In this document: positions 29,296-32,000 of the stretch, one piece after another
How the letters are laid out: each line of letters begins with the position of its first letter
How positions within the stretch are numbered: the stretch's first letter is position 1
DNA from: Candidatus Saccharimonadota bacterium
Lineage (GTDB): Bacteria > Patescibacteriota > Gracilibacteria > BD1-5 > UBA2023
NCBI GenBank assembly: GCA_046350815.1
Contig: JAXLZO010000001.1
Location: 660,001 to 692,000 of the forward strand
Length of the DNA stretch: 32,000 nt
Direction: 5' to 3'
Notes under the pieces: generated by a model
The model's database searches: none
What the model saw: the letters and a program-made list of their open reading frames with translations, nothing else
What the model was told of the DNA's origin: nothing
Program-made: the position numbers and the translations under genes

Positions 29296-29535
29296 ATGGC
29301 ATGAGGTGGATGACATGGAGGTCATGAGAAAGGTCATGGTGGCTGAGGCGGTGGAGGAAGTGGCGGATGAGTCATGAAATGATTTGCTATCACTGGGGCA
29401 CTCTGAGCTACTGCGGTTGTGTGAGGTGCTGCGGCTCTTGGTGGACTCTTTCTCTGACCAATTGGTGCCATTGTTGGTGGTGTTGGAGCTGCGGTTGCTG
29501 GCATAATGTGATGAAAAGCGTTGATAAAAAAATAA
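29296..29535 (+). CDS. glycine-rich microprotein (79 aa) with His/Gly-rich N-terminus and glycine-zipper hydrophobic C-terminus
   Basis: Open only under code 25, with 10 in-frame TGA: MAGGGGHGGHEKGHGGGGGGGSGGGVMKGFAITGALGATAVVGGAAALGGLFLGPIGAIVGGVGAAVAGIMGGKALIKK. Stop is TAA 29533-29535. It is bracketed by a promoter candidate and a strong terminator. The track shows only antisense ORFs here. Confidence 0.6.
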
Positions 29536-29553
29536 CATTTGTGTAAATATTTG

Positions 29554-29583
29554 GTGGAGAAATTCGTTTTCTCCACTTTTTTT
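29554..29583 (+). terminator. rho-independent terminator after the glycine-rich ORF
   Basis: GTGGAGAA-attcgtt-TTCTCCAC followed by T7. Confidence 0.8.
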
Positions 29584-29611
29584 GTATACTGAATTTCTAC
29601 CCATCTTTTCT

Positions 29612-30526
29612 ATGCATTTTCTCAATCGAATCATATTTGCCACATTCTTTTTTCTTTGTTCTACAGTGAGTTCTGTATCAGCTCTCGAGATTATACCGAT
29701 CTCATCAGAGAATGGCGTCCTACTCTCGAGTGTCCGTGATGACAAGTATGCAAAAAATTCAAAGGTATACCTTGTTGAAACGAATCTCGCGAGTGGTGCA
29801 ACGATTCGCTCGAGTGCTACTCTCGTTGACGATCAAAATGCTCAATCGCCAGGATTTATGCTTCGGCCACTTGTCTCATCTGTAACATCAAAGGCACCTA
29901 TCGCAGCATCGCTATGTGACCCAAAGGATAAAATAGTTAATGCATGAGTGCAAGTAGCGTCACATCTTGATCTTATGAGCACATCGAGAACTCCATTTGC
30001 ACTCTTGAATGGACAGTTCTTCGGGAATTATTATGCACTCCAGCCAGGTTATACTTCTCGGCTTGCTTTTGGTGTATTTCAAGATGGTGATGTCCTTTCA
30101 CTTGGATATGGTCGCATCGAGGCATATCGCAAGAAGATACTGACAATCTCATCAAAATGAGCTCGTATTCAATGATACAAGCTCTCAAATGCCTATGCTC
30201 TCAAATGAGAAACAGGCTCACTCGCGATCGTCGGTCTTCATCCACTCGCGAATAAAGATTCACGATCAGAAAGTAATCTTGGTCGTGTCTATGTTGGTGT
30301 TGGTGGTGCGAAGATTCGTGGCGGATGATCTTCAAAGATATACTTTCTCGTTGCGACTGGCATAGAGGAACGAGAAGCTTTTGCTATCCTTCGCAAAGCA
30401 TGAGCTCGTGAGACAATGATGCTCGATGGGGGATGATCGACGCAGATCTGGGCAGCCGGACAGTCTCGTATATCCTCATCTCGTCCTATTCCGCACGCAA
30501 TAGCTCTCTTCTCAGCTAATCGTTAG
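29612..30526 (+). CDS. secreted phosphodiester glycosidase family protein (DUF2233/NAGPA-like), 304 aa
   Basis: Track ORFs 29582-29947 and 29948-30160 continue across TGA. The signal peptide is MHFLNRIIFATFFFLCSTVSSVSA. C-terminal ...TMMLDGGGSTQIW matches the family motif as I recall it. Stop is TAG 30524-30526. Confidence 0.68.
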
Positions 30527-32000
30527 AAGAATTTTTCATGGATTCTTCGTACTGCTTCATATATTTTTCAAAGATGGCGGAAATTTGATATTCCCGGGTT
30601 GTTATCTTTTGATGCTTACCTGTTTCTATTCTCTCCTTTAAGTTGTTTCTCTCATCCTCGGATGCAATCCAAAGAAAGAAAAATATTTTTTCGTAGGCTT
30701 TCTCATTCTCCATCTGTTTATCAGCAGTCATATTACGAAGATGAAGATACCAGTTTTTTGATTTTTCTTGTTTTGTTAAAAGAGTCTCAAAAAGTCCAAT
30801 CAATCATCAAATTCTTTGAAAATCTCACTTATTTACATGAAGTTTTCGGTCGAGATGAGATGCACTCTTCCCTCCAAGAGTATGGGTATAAGAATTATTT
30901 ATACTCGCTAGCTCCCGCAAGGATAATCTTGTTGTATTTTTGTCTTTTATTTCTGATCCTATGTATTGAATTTTTGTGGGCATATCCATATCTTTGTCAT
31001 AATTTCCACCGTATAATTCATCATAATATATAGTATCCACATCTCAGATAGATGCTTTCCCCCAATCAATTATATATGGTGTGTACTCTAAATTTTCTGT
31101 TTGTTGAAACATGATATTTCGAGGATTGCCCGATAAATCCCTGTGATGTAGTGATATTTTTTGTAAATCCTCTATAAAGAGCCGAATTTTTGATCGAATT
31201 TGATATTTTTGTACATCTGTGAAAAGTTCGATTTTTGAAAGATATTTTTTATAGATACCTTCAATAGCTGGGTAAACTTTTCTTCATCCGTCAAAATAAT
31301 ACATTCACGGATTCTCATTAATAATACCTTGTTTGCAAAGTTCCAGTAGTATAAGATTGACTTGATCTTCCGCATGTGAGTCATTTTCAAAATGTATATT
31401 TCCATCCCGGTTTATAAGATATGAGAAAATGGTTTCAAAATTTGGCAGGTCCCGTAATAAGAACTGCTCTGCAATTTTCTCCAGTGTCATACAATAGAGG
31501 GTTTTTCCATTGACGCGCTCCATTACAAGATAGCCATCTATATTATCTTCGTCATTCTTTTGATTAAAGGAATCTATGAGATAAGGTACCTTTATGCCAG
31601 AAATACTTTCTCTGGATACATCGTAAGCAAGCTGATGCATACTTTCCTCATTGTCCTTAGAGCTTCCTGGGCGTTTCTTTGCGACGACAACCATCATACC
31701 ATTGAGATCGATGTAATAAATCTCTCATTCTTGGCCACGAGTAACAGGAGTCGTATCGGCAATTTGGGAGAGAACTTGCTTGCGAAGAAGTATTTTGAAT
31801 GCTTCTTCTTGATCTGCTCATGTAAGTACATGTTTCAATACATCCATCTTCTCTTGAGAAGAGAGTTCATTTAAAAGTGCTCCAACTTTCGCACCAATGC
31901 CTTGAATCGTATCTTGTGAACGAGCAGAAACTTCTTGATCGAAGTTTGCTTGTACTTTTGTTAATGGAGGGGTAGTACGAGGGTGATGTGGGATCGATAT
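30516..32000 (-). CDS. Ser/Thr protein-kinase-like protein with C-terminal extension (N-terminus beyond the right edge)
   Basis: Track ORFs 31305-31697, 30825-31040 and 30516-30803 are in one frame joined across TGA, and the frame stays open to nt 32000. Motifs: Gly-loop/Lys region GQEGEIYYIDLNGMMVVVAKK, catalytic loop LHHRDLSGNPRNIMF, and DFG-equivalent IIDWGKA. Stop is TAG 30516-30518, overlapping the convergent glycosidase gene by 11 nt. Confidence 0.7.

Noticed and set aside
29275-29745. 156-aa and 80-aa minus-strand track ORFs (29275-29745 and 29334-29576)
   Set aside because: They run through a plus-strand terminator hairpin and the signal-peptide region of the glycosidase gene. Their Pro/Ala/Ser-rich translations are the antisense image of the Gly-rich plus-strand ORF.

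Overview
AT-rich bacterial chromosome segment that is only coherent under genetic code 25 (UGA = Gly), the code of the Gracilibacteria / Absconditabacteria-SR1 lineages of the Candidate Phyla Radiation. The supplied standard-code ORF track cuts most genes at in-frame TGA. I re-joined fragments by hand across TGA, with only TAA and TAG as stops, and obtained about 35 coherent genes. Left to right: two small hypothetical ORFs and a 1082-aa orphan membrane protein (minus strand). Then DAHP synthase. Then a small accessory islet: a UGA-free 77-aa ORF, a histidine-phosphatase pseudogene, a decayed IS1595-like element and a UGA-free DUF2130-like gene. Then a small membrane protein, an ATP-grasp plus class I glutamine amidotransferase pair, and DUF4012 protein-ybeY-map. 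Then a 697-aa type IV pilin-like protein with a BspA-type LRR C-terminus and an 18-bp tandem repeat at its 5' end. Then an ABC-F ATPase, two hypothetical ORFs, a glutaredoxin-like/CcdA fusion and a self-contained 122-aa cassette. Then a seven-gene BigR/SqrR-type persulfide-response operon: ArsR regulator, two YeeE/YedE proteins, rhodanese, thioredoxin, TauE and an ETHE1-like dioxygenase. Then an orphan membrane protein and a second decayed IS1595-like copy with a 7-bp target duplication next to tRNA-Leu(CAG). Finally an APH/NahK-like kinase, a 79-aa microprotein with 40 percent glycine that is invisible under the standard code, a phosphodiester glycosidase, and a Ser/Thr-kinase-like gene running off the right edge. 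I saw no CRISPR array and no rRNA. All coordinates come from manual translation, so start codons may be off by a few codons. Family names come from motif recognition, not from database searches.
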